Positions 9,374 to 19,221 of a DNA stretch of 64,000 nt are shown here, in pieces. Where the stretch lies: contig CBDFIJ010000004.1 of assembly GCA_965248055.1 (NCBI GenBank), positions 2,048,001 to 2,112,000 on the forward strand, given 5' to 3'. Numbering within the stretch: the first letter of the stretch is position 1; each line of letters begins with the position of its first letter. Source of the DNA: Candidatus Multivoradales bacterium (GTDB lineage Bacteria; Acidobacteriota; Thermoanaerobaculia; Multivoradales; JAHEKO01). A program made the position numbers and the translations under genes. The notes under the pieces are model-generated. The model saw only the letters and a list, made by a program, of their open reading frames with translations, did no database searches and had not been told where the DNA came from.

Positions 9374-10543
9374 CTAGGGCTCGAGACCGCTCAGCCGATA
9401 GATTGCGTGAGCCCGGTCGTCGGAAATAAGGAGAGATCCATCGGGCATTTGAAAAACATCCGACGGGCGACCCCACGAGGTTCCATCGTCTAACAGCCAG
9501 CCATCAACCAAGGTCTGATAGCCGACGCCTTGATCCCCTTCCAAAGACACCGTAGTGACTCGGTAGCCGATCGGTTCAGAACGATTCCAAGATCCGTGCT
9601 CGGCGATCACCGCACGGTCTTGATACACCTGCGGAAAGGACTCTCCGGTGATGAAGGTCATGCCAATCGAGGCGACGTGGGGCCCAAGTTTTTGCGCCGG
9701 AGGTCGAAATTCGCTGCATTGGCGCTCCTTCCCGTGGCTGGGATCGGGGATATCTCCGCCGTGGCAATAAGGAAAACCGAAATGCTGGCCGGGATCGGTG
9801 GCGATGTTGAGTTCATCGGGGGGCAGGTCGTCGCCGAGCAAGTCGCGCCCGTTGTCGGTGAAGGTCAGATGCCCGGTTCCCGGCTGCCAGTCGAAGCCAA
9901 CGCTATTGCGAATGCCGAAGGCATAAGGCTGTAGTTCGCTGCCGTCGGGGCGCATGCGCGAGATGGTGGCAAACAGATTGGGGTCGGCGTCGCCCCAGCC
10001 GAGTCGACTCTTGAGCGGAACGGCGTCACAGGCGTTGCAAGGAGCGCCGACTGAGACATATAGCCAACCGTCCGGACCAAACTTGAGGTAGCGCCAACCG
10101 TGATGTGCTGCAGCTGGAAGAGCATCGCTGACCACGATCGGTTCCGGCGGACTGTCGAGATGGTCCTCGATGTTGTCATAGCGCAGGACGCGACCCACCG
10201 CGGCTACATAGAGAGCACCGTCGCGGTAAGCAATGCCACCGGGGTTGTCGAGGTTGTTGTCGATCAAGTAGACGATGTCCGCCCGTAGGTCGTTGTCCGC
10301 GTCGACTACCGCGTGGACCTTGCCCGCACCTCGGGATCCGACGAATACCGTTCCGCGGTCCCCGAGTGCTATCTGGCGCGCATTTTCAACCCCAGCCGCG
10401 TACAAACGAACTTCAAAACCTTCGGCGACCCTGAGCGAGGCGACCCGCGTCTCAAGACCCCCAGACACCGACCCCGACTGAGGCGCGGCGCAAGCCCCTT
10501 GGACCGTGACCGCAGCTACCAGTAGAAAAGCGAACTGTTTCAT
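9374..10543 (-). CDS. PQQ-dependent sugar/sorbosone dehydrogenase family, exported
   Basis: Signal peptide MKQFAFLL; HHGWRYLKFGPDG, GAPCNAC, GIRNSVG, DNGRD and HGSWNR. Confidence 0.9.
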   Translation of the reverse strand: MKQFAFLLVAAVTVQGACAAPQSGSVSGGLETRVASLRVAEGFEVRLYAAGVENARQIALGDRGTVFVGSRGAGKVHAVVDADNDLRADIVYLIDNNLDNPGGIAYRDGALYVAAVGRVLRYDNIEDHLDSPPEPIVVSDALPAAAHHGWRYLKFGPDGWLYVSVGAPCNACDAVPLKSRLGWGDADPNLFATISRMRPDGSELQPYAFGIRNSVGFDWQPGTGHLTFTDNGRDLLGDDLPPDELNIATDPGQHFGFPYCHGGDIPDPSHGKERQCSEFRPPAQKLGPHVASIGMTFITGESFPQVYQDRAVIAEHGSWNRSEPIGYRVTTVSLEGDQGVGYQTLVDGWLLDDGTSWGRPSDVFQMPDGSLLISDDRAHAIYRLSGLEP

Positions 10544-10611
10544 TGAGTGGTGCTTAGCCAGCACGGAGATCAGTAGGTGTTGTAAGGGTCTGAAAGCTAT
10601 CTTGAAAAAGC

Positions 10612-11385
10612 CTAGCCCCAAGTTCTCCACGGAGCATCGCCGGCCGCCCACAAGGATTCGAGCTTGTTCTTGTCCGCCAGATGATCCATGCAGTGCCAAA
10701 ACCCGGCGTGTTTGAACGCCATCAATTGGCCGTCTCTGGAGAGGTTGGCTAGCGGTTGGCGCTCCCACCAAATCTGGTCACCGTCGATGTAATCGAGGCA
10801 TCCGGGTTCCAAGACAAAGAACCCGCCGTTGACCCAACCGCCGTCGCCGTCCGGCTTTTCGATGAACTTGCTCACTTGGCTGTGGTCGTCACCGAGTTCA
10901 AAGTAACCGAAGCGACCCGGAGGGCGAACCGTGGTCATGGTCGCCAACTTGCCATGATCGCGGTGAAACTTCACCGTTTCTTTAATGTCGACGTCGCACA
11001 CTCCGTCGCCATAAGTAAAGCAGAAGGTGTCGTCGATATGTTGGGCCACTCGTTTCAAGCGGCCACCGGTGTAGGTGTCTGGACCGGTATCGACCAAAGT
11101 CACGCGCCACGGCTCAGCGTGGCTCTTATGCACTTCTAGTGAATTGCTGCTCAGGTCGATGGTGAAGTCAGCGTTGCGGGCGAAGTACTGGGCGAAGTAT
11201 TCCTTGATCATCCCGCCTTTGTAGCCCAGGCAGATGACGAAGTCGTTGATCCCGGCGGCCGAGTAGAGTTTCATGATGTGCCAGAGGATAGGTTTGCTAC
11301 CGATCTCGACCATCGGTTTGGGTTTAATCACCGTTTCTTCGGAGAGCCGGGAACCAAATCCGCCGGCGAGGATGACTGCTTTCAT
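10612..11385 (-). CDS. rfbF: Glucose-1-phosphate cytidylyltransferase
   Basis: MKAVILAGGFGSRLSEET..KPKPMVEIG, TGGRLKR, TYGDG and FWHCMD. Confidence 0.95.
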   Translation of the reverse strand: MKAVILAGGFGSRLSEETVIKPKPMVEIGSKPILWHIMKLYSAAGINDFVICLGYKGGMIKEYFAQYFARNADFTIDLSSNSLEVHKSHAEPWRVTLVDTGPDTYTGGRLKRVAQHIDDTFCFTYGDGVCDVDIKETVKFHRDHGKLATMTTVRPPGRFGYFELGDDHSQVSKFIEKPDGDGGWVNGGFFVLEPGCLDYIDGDQIWWERQPLANLSRDGQLMAFKHAGFWHCMDHLADKNKLESLWAAGDAPWRTWG

Positions 11386-11415
11386 GGGCGTACGGTATCA
11401 GTGAATTGAAGGGAA

Positions 11416-12321
11416 GTGGATGAGCTGGCATCGAGGGAGCCTGCTACTCTGTCAGTGCTTCCCGGGAACTGTCTTTCGCCGTCGCGGGTCGAATGTTTCA
11501 TGTACCGCTCAATCTGCTTGAATGTTCTTGTGGTTTGGTTAGCAGGTCCATGTCGAGTCTCCCTACCCGTTGACTTTGAAGCTGAATGGCAACAGACGGA
11601 GCTGTGGGCTATTGCTGGGTGTCCTGAACAGGACAGCATGCGTACACGAGTGCAAGGCCAAAAAGACTGGCAGCCCCCACATAGCCCACCTACCACCGGG
11701 CAGGAGGTTATTCGCAATCATTTTTCCTACTGGCGTAGATACCGGGGGGGACCAGAGGAACAATTGATTCGTAGGACCGCAGTGGGTGCGGTCTCTTTCC
11801 AGGTCAACACCATTGCTGAGTGGCGCCCCAACTATCGCTGCTTGTTTCCAGAGCAGGCCCATCACAACTACATTGAGGGCTATGAAGGCAATCAATTGGT
11901 GTTTAGGGGTGCTCAGGGTCCGTACGGTTGGCCTGAATGGTCGATCGAGCCATATCAGACAGACATGGGCCAATCGCGTTTGGCTACCTTCGATGCCGCT
12001 CGGGAGAGGTTGGAGGTATTTCTAGGGCGAAATTTGGAGCGACCAGAAACAGCTCAATATGTACGTTTGTCAGGATCTATACTTCATGGTTGTCAGTGTG
12101 TCGCAATCAAAGAAAAGTCTGTTGTATATCTAATTCGAGGTCAAGGAAGGCAATCTGAAATTTGGATGATCGATCTGTCGCAAGGGCCGGTTCCAGAATC
12201 AGAGGTGCGCAAACTCACCGACCCGCGCCTTGGGCGTCGACCAGAGGTGCTTCCGAATTGGCTCACCGCTGGCGGGCGCTGGTTCCCCGCTGAGAGGGTA
12301 TCGCCGTCGGGCTTAGTTTGA
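11416..12321 (+). CDS. Hypothetical protein (start uncertain)
   Basis: 301-aa ORF filling the gap between two minus-strand sugar genes; no motif recognised. Confidence 0.45.
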   Translation: MDELASREPATLSVLPGNCLSPSRVECFMYRSICLNVLVVWLAGPCRVSLPVDFEAEWQQTELWAIAGCPEQDSMRTRVQGQKDWQPPHSPPTTGQEVIRNHFSYWRRYRGGPEEQLIRRTAVGAVSFQVNTIAEWRPNYRCLFPEQAHHNYIEGYEGNQLVFRGAQGPYGWPEWSIEPYQTDMGQSRLATFDAARERLEVFLGRNLERPETAQYVRLSGSILHGCQCVAIKEKSVVYLIRGQGRQSEIWMIDLSQGPVPESEVRKLTDPRLGRRPEVLPNWLTAGGRWFPAERVSPSGLV

Positions 12322-12855
12322 AGACGAGACGCCCGCCTTGGTTGAGATCGTGGTGGCGTTGGGGACGGTCACCTTGCTATCTGCCGGGACATCCTGGGTG
12401 ACCACCGTCTGAATGCCGACAAAGACCCGATCTCCGATGCTGACGTCGCCGATCGCCGCGGAGTAAGCGGCCATATAGACACCGTCGCCCAACTGAGGCA
12501 TCTCAGTGATCCGGCGTCCCGAGGGCGCGCCCAAGGTAACCCCTTGCAGCAGGTGGCAGTTGGCGCCGATTTTGGTCCAGGCGCCGATCACCAATCCTTG
12601 TCCATGAGTGATGCGAAAACCCGGGCCGATCTCTGCCGCGGGGGCAATGTCACAGCCAGTACAAAATAAATTAACTCGAGCAAACAGCGGCCCACAGAAC
12701 GGGATGTTCTTGGACTTGAACCAGTGGGCGATCCGGTGCAAGAACACCGCTTGGTAACCATTTTCAAACAACAAGGACTCGATCACATACCAAGGGGCGG
12801 CCTTGGTTTTGATTTCTTTGAGGCGAAGGGTGTCGGCTCTTAGGTTGTCCCACAT
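12313..12855 (-). CDS. Serine O-acetyltransferase-like hexapeptide-repeat acyltransferase
   Basis: HRIAHW, DIAPAAEIGPGFRITHGQGLVIG, QGVTLG left-handed beta-helix repeats. Confidence 0.85.
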   Translation of the reverse strand: MWDNLRADTLRLKEIKTKAAPWYVIESLLFENGYQAVFLHRIAHWFKSKNIPFCGPLFARVNLFCTGCDIAPAAEIGPGFRITHGQGLVIGAWTKIGANCHLLQGVTLGAPSGRRITEMPQLGDGVYMAAYSAAIGDVSIGDRVFVGIQTVVTQDVPADSKVTVPNATTISTKAGVSSSN

Positions 12856-12893
12856 GATCCTACGACTCGCCACTCCTGCGGGTCCCACAATCT

Positions 12894-13000
12894 GTCATTC
12901 CCGCGGGTGGGTGTGTTGGGGGGCGGGAATCTCTTCCACTAGGGATGACTCCTACTTGATGAAGGTCCCGGCCCCACTCCCATCCCCCCGCCGGGATGAC
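12894..13000. repeat. GTCATTCCCGC...GCGGGAATC...GGGATGAC palindromic intergenic element (dRS3/RPE-like)
   Basis: Imperfect terminal inverted repeat GTCATTCCCG/CGGGATGAC with complementary internal G-rich and C-rich arms. Confidence 0.6.
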
Positions 13001-13022
13001 CAATGCGGTCTTCAGCACCGCC

Positions 13023-14312
13023 TTATTCTGGAAAGCGTTCATTTTGCTCCTGGCGCAGTCGATCGCCAATTCGCCCCTCTGGCACAGTCACGTCGTCGTA
13101 GGTCAGTACCGTGTCTTTGGTGACGGTGTGTTTGAGGCTGCAGTCTTCGGCCAATCCGATTGGCAGTAGATCTTCTGCTCGCGAGACCGGGTAGTTCTCT
13201 GCCACGCCATAGCTGTCGTAGCCGCCCAGGCCATCAAGGGTCTGTCCGACCGTTAGGTCACGCTTGGCAACCGCCACCACATCGACCTTAGGGCCGGCGA
13301 GCGGCTCCATGACCGGGTCTTTGAGCAGCACCGCTCGAGCGACGCTGGACGGTACTTCAAAGTGGCACAGATGGTAAGGAATATAGAACGAGTACAAGGG
13401 GCCTTCGCCAAGTTTGTAGAGGTTCAGGTAATGGCGCTGCTTGGGGTCGTCATGATCGGCGAGGATAAACACTCCCGGTCCCGGTTGGGAACCGACCACG
13501 TAGTCCACGATGCCGCCCCATTCGCGCAGTTGGTCATAGTCGTAGATATTGGCTAAGTCGTCGACGTGCTCGCGATGATCCAGGCCCAACATGCCGCGCT
13601 GGGCGACCTGGAAATCGACTGCGTTGGCGACGATCGCTTGCTCAAAGGAGATTTTGGTGCCGTCGGCGAAGCTGGTCACCATGTTGACGTTTTGCCCCCA
13701 CTGCTTGGCAAACCCTTCTTGGGTGGTGGGGTTACGGTATTCGTCCTGCAGCCCTTTGATGTTGCCAATCAGTAATGGCCGCAATCCGATGCCGGAGACA
13801 AATCGGTAGAGATTCATCTGCACGCCGGGCTGATCTCCTTCAGAGGCGGTCAGAATGACTCCGGCGCGATCGGCGTAGGTTTTCAACAGGGGGCCAACCG
13901 TGCCGTCGAGTTCGGCGTTCATCATCACAACGTGTTGCCCGTTGTGGATCGCATCCAGAATCAACTCCGCGGAGTAGTGAACTGCCCCGGTGACTTCGAC
14001 CAAACAGTCGATCAAACCGCAGCCGGTAACCACACTAGGATCATCGGTGTAGCCGCAGCCCCCGGCCTCGATCATCCGGGTTAGCTCGGGTGCGTTGCTG
14101 ACCGGTCGGGCGTTTTCGATCCCGGCTTCTCGGTAGATCTCCGCGGCGCGCTCTGGGTTGCGGTTGACCACCGCGCTGACTTCCATACCCGGCGTTGAGT
14201 TGGTGATCTGGTTGAGCACACCCTTGGCCATGAAACCGGCGCCAACTAATCCAACCCGCACCGGTTTTCCTTCTTGCTGGCGCTTTTGCAGCAAGCGATC
14301 GACAACAATCAT
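13023..14312 (-). CDS. NAD(P)-dependent oxidoreductase, homoserine-dehydrogenase-like with C-terminal SAF domain
   Basis: VGLVGAGFM, GDQPG, SFADGTK, PYHL; SAF-like VAKRDL..G..LDGLGG. Confidence 0.88.
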   Translation of the reverse strand: MIVVDRLLQKRQQEGKPVRVGLVGAGFMAKGVLNQITNSTPGMEVSAVVNRNPERAAEIYREAGIENARPVSNAPELTRMIEAGGCGYTDDPSVVTGCGLIDCLVEVTGAVHYSAELILDAIHNGQHVVMMNAELDGTVGPLLKTYADRAGVILTASEGDQPGVQMNLYRFVSGIGLRPLLIGNIKGLQDEYRNPTTQEGFAKQWGQNVNMVTSFADGTKISFEQAIVANAVDFQVAQRGMLGLDHREHVDDLANIYDYDQLREWGGIVDYVVGSQPGPGVFILADHDDPKQRHYLNLYKLGEGPLYSFYIPYHLCHFEVPSSVARAVLLKDPVMEPLAGPKVDVVAVAKRDLTVGQTLDGLGGYDSYGVAENYPVSRAEDLLPIGLAEDCSLKHTVTKDTVLTYDDVTVPEGRIGDRLRQEQNERFPE

Positions 14313-14887
14313 GCGTCGTCTCCACCACTGGAATTGGGGTCCAAATTCTGGTCACCGTCGGGCTGGAACAGGGGCCAAGAGCGGTCTTTGTCCGACAGCT
14401 CAGTCACTTCCATCGGCCACTTGATGCCGAATGCTGGGTCGTCGTAGCGCAAGCCGTTTTCGTGTCCAGGGGTGTAGAACTCTCCCACCATGTAGAAGAT
14501 CTCGGACACTTCGGTGAGTGCTTGGTAGCCGTGGGCGCAAAACCCTGGCACATAGAGAGCGGTTCGGTTTTCCTCGGTCAGTTCGACGCCAAAGTGCTTC
14601 AGATAGGTGGGTGACTCCGGGCGAATATCGATGATCGCGTCGTAGATCGCCCCCTTGGTGCAGCGCACTAATTTGGGCTCGATGGCGGGCTCGGTTTGGT
14701 AGTGCATGCCGCGCAGGGTTCCGGCTCTGGTGTTGGTAGAAATGTTGCACTGAGCGACGAACGGTTCCAGTCCGTGCTCCTCGAACTCTCGCCGACAAAA
14801 GGCGCGAGCAAAAAAGCCGCGATCGTCCCCGATCGGTTCCAAGTCAACTAAATAACTACCGTCAATCGATGTGGGGGTAAAACGCAA
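14309..14887 (-). CDS. rfbC: dTDP-4-dehydrorhamnose 3,5-epimerase family
   Basis: DDRGFFAR, GTLRGMHYQ, PGFCAHGYQ and LSDKD; TTG start at 14887 after AGGAG. Confidence 0.92.
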   Translation of the reverse strand: MRFTPTSIDGSYLVDLEPIGDDRGFFARAFCRREFEEHGLEPFVAQCNISTNTRAGTLRGMHYQTEPAIEPKLVRCTKGAIYDAIIDIRPESPTYLKHFGVELTEENRTALYVPGFCAHGYQALTEVSEIFYMVGEFYTPGHENGLRYDDPAFGIKWPMEVTELSDKDRSWPLFQPDGDQNLDPNSSGGDDA

Positions 14888-15033
14888 ACGGTTCTCCTGG
14901 GTCAACTGCGGGCATAACTGAGGCTGTCTGGCAGCTTCGAGCCTTAAGCGAAGTCTAGCGGAGTTCGTCAAGTTTCCGCCTCGAAAACGAACATGGGTAG
15001 CCCTAGGTTTGCTGGACGCCTAGAATCACCGGA

Positions 15034-16239
15034 ATGAGCACAACCACCACAGATGTCGTCGTTGTTGGAGGTGGGCTGGTTGGCTGTGCCACCGGACTCG
15101 CTCTTGCGCGTCGTGGGCTCAAAGTCGTGGTGCTAGAGGCGGAAGACGCTCTCGCTCGCCACCAGAGCGGGCGCAACAGCGGGGTGATTCACTCCGGTCT
15201 CTACTACAAGCCGGGGTCGTTTAAGGCCAAGTTCACGGTTGCCGGTCGCGACGCTCTGTACAAATATGTTGAGAAACACGACATACCGCATCAACGGTGC
15301 GGCAAGATTGTGGTGGCGACGCGAGATGATGAAGTGCCGCGTTTGGATGAACTGGAACGCCGGGGACATGCCAATGGTCTGAAAGGGTTACAGCGACTGG
15401 ATGGCCCGGGTATCCGCAAAATCGAGCCCGAGGTGGCCGGAATGGCTGGCCTCTGGGTTCCCGAAACCTGGATCGTTGACTATCAAGAGGTCAACCGGTC
15501 CTACGCTCGAGAGATCCAATCCCTGGGTGGGGAAATCCATCTCGGAAGTCGCTTCACCGGAGTTGAAGAGGGTGCTGACGAAGTTGCGATCACCACTTCT
15601 AATGGCGAGCTGCGCGCTCGACAATTGATCAACTGCGCGGGCTTGCAAGCGGATCGCGTTGCTCGCGTCTGTGGCTACTCACCCGATATCCGCATCGTCC
15701 CTTTTCGCGGCGAATACTTCATGCTCGGCGGTGCTGCAGCTGGAATCGTCGAGCGACCGGTATACCCAGTTCCAGATCCGGTGTTCCCTTTCTTGGAGGT
15801 TCATCTCACCAACAAGGTTGACGGGCGCATCGAAGCTGGCCCCAATGCGGTGTTGGCGCTGAAGCGTGAAGGGTACTCTAAGACCGCATTTCGACTTGCC
15901 GACGCCGCTTCTACCTTGACCTATGCTGGATTTTGGAGACTGGCAGCTAAGCACTGGCGTACCGGAGCGCTGGAGGTCTATCGGTCGATGTCCCAAGGGG
16001 CGTTCGCTCGGTCTTTGGCTCGGTTTGTCCCGGCGATCCGTAAACAAGACCTAGAACCCGGCGGCTGTGGCGTGCGCGCTCAGGCCATGACCCCAGACGG
16101 CAAGTTAGTCGATGACTTTGTCATCGCCAAGCAAGGTCATGTCCTACATGTCTTAAACGCAGTCTCTCCGGGTGCCACCTCTTCGCTAGCGATTGGCGAG
16201 CACGTAGCGACCCTCGCAACCAACTCGGCAAGAGGGTAG
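15034..16239 (+). CDS. lhgO: L-2-hydroxyglutarate oxidase
   Basis: HQSGRNSGVIHSGLYYKPGS, PFRGEY, YPVPDP and GVRAQA. Confidence 0.9.
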   Translation: MSTTTTDVVVVGGGLVGCATGLALARRGLKVVVLEAEDALARHQSGRNSGVIHSGLYYKPGSFKAKFTVAGRDALYKYVEKHDIPHQRCGKIVVATRDDEVPRLDELERRGHANGLKGLQRLDGPGIRKIEPEVAGMAGLWVPETWIVDYQEVNRSYAREIQSLGGEIHLGSRFTGVEEGADEVAITTSNGELRARQLINCAGLQADRVARVCGYSPDIRIVPFRGEYFMLGGAAAGIVERPVYPVPDPVFPFLEVHLTNKVDGRIEAGPNAVLALKREGYSKTAFRLADAASTLTYAGFWRLAAKHWRTGALEVYRSMSQGAFARSLARFVPAIRKQDLEPGGCGVRAQAMTPDGKLVDDFVIAKQGHVLHVLNAVSPGATSSLAIGEHVATLATNSARG

Positions 16240-16295
16240 AGCAAGAAAACCGAGCGGTTTCCCGCCCCGTTCAAAATCCACTTGGATTCAGCCGA

Positions 16296-19085
16296 TTAAG
16301 GCTGAGCTTCTTCCTCGTCGTCAAACGTTGGAGAAGTATTCGGCAGGCTCCCTTCGAGCAGGTTGCCATCGGGGTCGAGTACCGAGATTTCACCGTAGTT
16401 GAGAGCTTTGATCTCCTCTTCGACCTTGGCCCGATCACCGACCACCACCCAAATCAGCTTGTCGGGATGAATCACTTCTTGGGCCGCAGCGTTGATGTCC
16501 TCTGGGGTCAACGAGCGAATCGCCTCGGCGTAGGTGTCGTGGTAATCGGCTGGCAGATCGAACGCGTTGAGCTCATACAGAGCCCCGAGCACGTCGCCGT
16601 TGGTTTCCCACTGACCGGAAAGGGTCAAGGTTGCGGCGTCTTTAGCGAAGCCGATCTCATCTTCGGTGATTTCAATCTCACCCAAAATACCGTTGAGCTC
16701 CTTCTCGACCTCTGCCATCGAGGGGCCAGTTTTGTCGGTTTGCACCGGTGCATAGGCGATGAACGGACGCTGGCCTTTAGCGTCTGGCATGAAGGAGTAC
16801 GCGCCATAAGCCCAGCCTTTCTCTTCACGCAAATTCATGTTGATGCGGGCGGAGAAATTGCCGCCGAGGACATCATTCATGGTTTGGATCGCTAGGTCAT
16901 TGGTGGCCGAACGGGGTGGCGCGATGTGACCAGCAAAGATGATCGATTGCTCGGAATCGGGCCGATCGATCAGGTAGATGCCTTCGTCTGCGGGAAACTC
17001 CACCGGGGTTAGGTTTTTGGTCGGGATGGTGCCCTCTTTCCAGGAAGCGAAACGCTTGCCGACCAGGGACTCGACTTCTTCCAGCGAAGTATCGCCGACC
17101 ACCAAGAGCGTCGCGTTGTTGGGGCGGAACCAGTTCTCATGAAAGCTTACCAAGTCATCGCGAGTAATTGCCTTGACTGAAGCCTCATCGCCGGATCCAG
17201 TGAAGGGAAGCGAATACGCGTGGCCCTCTCCGTACAACAACTTGGGAAAAACTCTCAGAGCCATTTGAATCGGTGTCGATTTCTCGCTTTGAATCTGGGC
17301 CAATTGTTCTTGGCGCAGGCGGTCGATTTCCCTCTCAGGAAAGGATGGGTTCAAGACGATGTCGGCGAACAAATCGAGGCTGGGAGCTAGGTTGCTCTTG
17401 AGAGCAGAAACTTGCACCCAAGAGTTATCGAGACTGTTTCCGGTGGCCAGTTCGGCACCCAGGCTGTCCAGTTCCTCAGCCAGTTCCAAAGACGTGCGGT
17501 CACCAGACCCTTCATCGAGCAGGTCCAAGGCCAAGGTCGCGGTGCCCGGGTAGGCGTGGACATCGGAGGAGCTGCCGGCGTTGACCATCAAGCGCATTTC
17601 CACCAACGGTGCGTTGCTGCGCTCGATCAGCGCAATCTTGAGCCCGTTAGCTAGTACTGTGGTCTGGGTTTCAGGGAAGCTAGGGTCGGTGGGAGTTCCG
17701 GCGTCGGGTACCTGCGAACGATCCGCACCTTCGCCGGTCGCCGCGTACTCAGGATAGGGATAGATCTCACCCTGCAGGCGGCCCTGAGACAGCCATTTGC
17801 CACCTGAGGAGCGCAAGTCATCGGGGGTAGCGTCGTTCATCCTTTGCAGAGAAGTACGGTAAGCAGCGGGGTCGCCGCCGTAAACTGCATTGGATGCCAA
17901 CAGGTTCGACTTGCCACCAAAGCCACCGATGCCTTCCAGGCTGCGCACGAAACCGGCAAACTGGCTGGTCTTGGCTCGTTCTAGTTCTATCTCGGTAGGT
18001 CCTTCTTCGAGTAGTAGAGCGAGCTCTTTATTGATCGCGTCGACTACCTCAGTGAGGTCACCGCCGGGCTGGGCGGTCGCTGAGATCATGAAATTGCCCG
18101 AGATTTCAAAAGGCCACACCCAAGCGTTGACCTCGGTCGCCGTGCGATCTTGGTAGACCAAGCGTTTGTAGAGGCGTGAATTTTTGCCGGTGCCCAGGAC
18201 ATCCGAAAGCAAATTCAGGTAGTCCATCTCCGCGGTACCCCATTCCGGGACATTCCACTGCATGTAGACCCGCGCTGCGGGGACTCGGTCCTGAAACACT
18301 ACGGTTTGATCGCTGGTGCGCGGTGCAATCCAAGAATCCAGTCGGGCAACCGGAGGGCCAGGGGGAATATCACCGAAGTACTTCTGCATTTTCTCGCGGG
18401 CGGTTTCGACATCGATGTCTCCCGCCAAGACCACCACAGCGTTGGCTGCACCGTAGTAGCCGGCGAACCATTCCTTGACGTCTTCCAAAGCGGCGGCACT
18501 CAGATCTTCCATCGAACCGATGGTGTCCCAGGAGTAGGGGTGGCCTTGCGGATAAGCCAGAGCAGGCATTTGGTTCCACCATTCGGCGTAGGGTTGGTTG
18601 TCACCCTGACGCTTCTCGTTCTGTACTACGCCGCGCTGTTCGTCGAGACGTTCCTGAGAAATCGCGCCCTGGAAATGACCCATGCGGTCGGATTCCATCC
18701 ACAGAGCGGTATCCAAAGCATTGGTCGGTACGTTCTGGAAGTAATTGGTGCGATCCAGCCAAGTTGTTCCATTGAGCTCGGTGGCGCCAATGCGCTCCAA
18801 GATCTGAAAGTAATCTTCGTTGAAGTTCTCGCTACCGTTGAACATCAGGTGCTCGAAAAGATGTGCAAACCCGGTGCGCCCCAGTTTTTCGTTCTTGGAA
18901 CCGACGTGGTACCAGACATTGACTGCCACGATCGGCGCTTTGTGGTCTTCGTGGACAACCACGGTCAGTCCGTTGTCGAGCTTGAACTGCTCGAAAGGAA
19001 CTTCGGGAATCTCGAATTCAGCGGCAGCCAGCGTTCCACTCAACGCGAGCGAAGCTAGAGTGGTCGTAATTAATCGTCTGGTCAC
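16296..19085 (-). CDS. M16 family (pitrilysin-like) zinc protease, exported
   Basis: Signal peptide; inverted zinc motif HLFEH; two M16 halves. Confidence 0.93.
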   Translation of the reverse strand: MTRRLITTTLASLALSGTLAAAEFEIPEVPFEQFKLDNGLTVVVHEDHKAPIVAVNVWYHVGSKNEKLGRTGFAHLFEHLMFNGSENFNEDYFQILERIGATELNGTTWLDRTNYFQNVPTNALDTALWMESDRMGHFQGAISQERLDEQRGVVQNEKRQGDNQPYAEWWNQMPALAYPQGHPYSWDTIGSMEDLSAAALEDVKEWFAGYYGAANAVVVLAGDIDVETAREKMQKYFGDIPPGPPVARLDSWIAPRTSDQTVVFQDRVPAARVYMQWNVPEWGTAEMDYLNLLSDVLGTGKNSRLYKRLVYQDRTATEVNAWVWPFEISGNFMISATAQPGGDLTEVVDAINKELALLLEEGPTEIELERAKTSQFAGFVRSLEGIGGFGGKSNLLASNAVYGGDPAAYRTSLQRMNDATPDDLRSSGGKWLSQGRLQGEIYPYPEYAATGEGADRSQVPDAGTPTDPSFPETQTTVLANGLKIALIERSNAPLVEMRLMVNAGSSSDVHAYPGTATLALDLLDEGSGDRTSLELAEELDSLGAELATGNSLDNSWVQVSALKSNLAPSLDLFADIVLNPSFPEREIDRLRQEQLAQIQSEKSTPIQMALRVFPKLLYGEGHAYSLPFTGSGDEASVKAITRDDLVSFHENWFRPNNATLLVVGDTSLEEVESLVGKRFASWKEGTIPTKNLTPVEFPADEGIYLIDRPDSEQSIIFAGHIAPPRSATNDLAIQTMNDVLGGNFSARINMNLREEKGWAYGAYSFMPDAKGQRPFIAYAPVQTDKTGPSMAEVEKELNGILGEIEITEDEIGFAKDAATLTLSGQWETNGDVLGALYELNAFDLPADYHDTYAEAIRSLTPEDINAAAQEVIHPDKLIWVVVGDRAKVEEEIKALNYGEISVLDPDGNLLEGSLPNTSPTFDDEEEAQP

Positions 19086-19221
19086 AATCTCCTCCGGAGG
19101 GTTGCCAAAAAGGGTACGGAAGGGTTACAACGATCTGAAACCAATTCCCGATTTATTCTACGCTGTATTGCCTAGAAGGTTCTTGAGCGGCGCTCGAGCT
19201 TGAATCGAGTAGGATCGCGCG

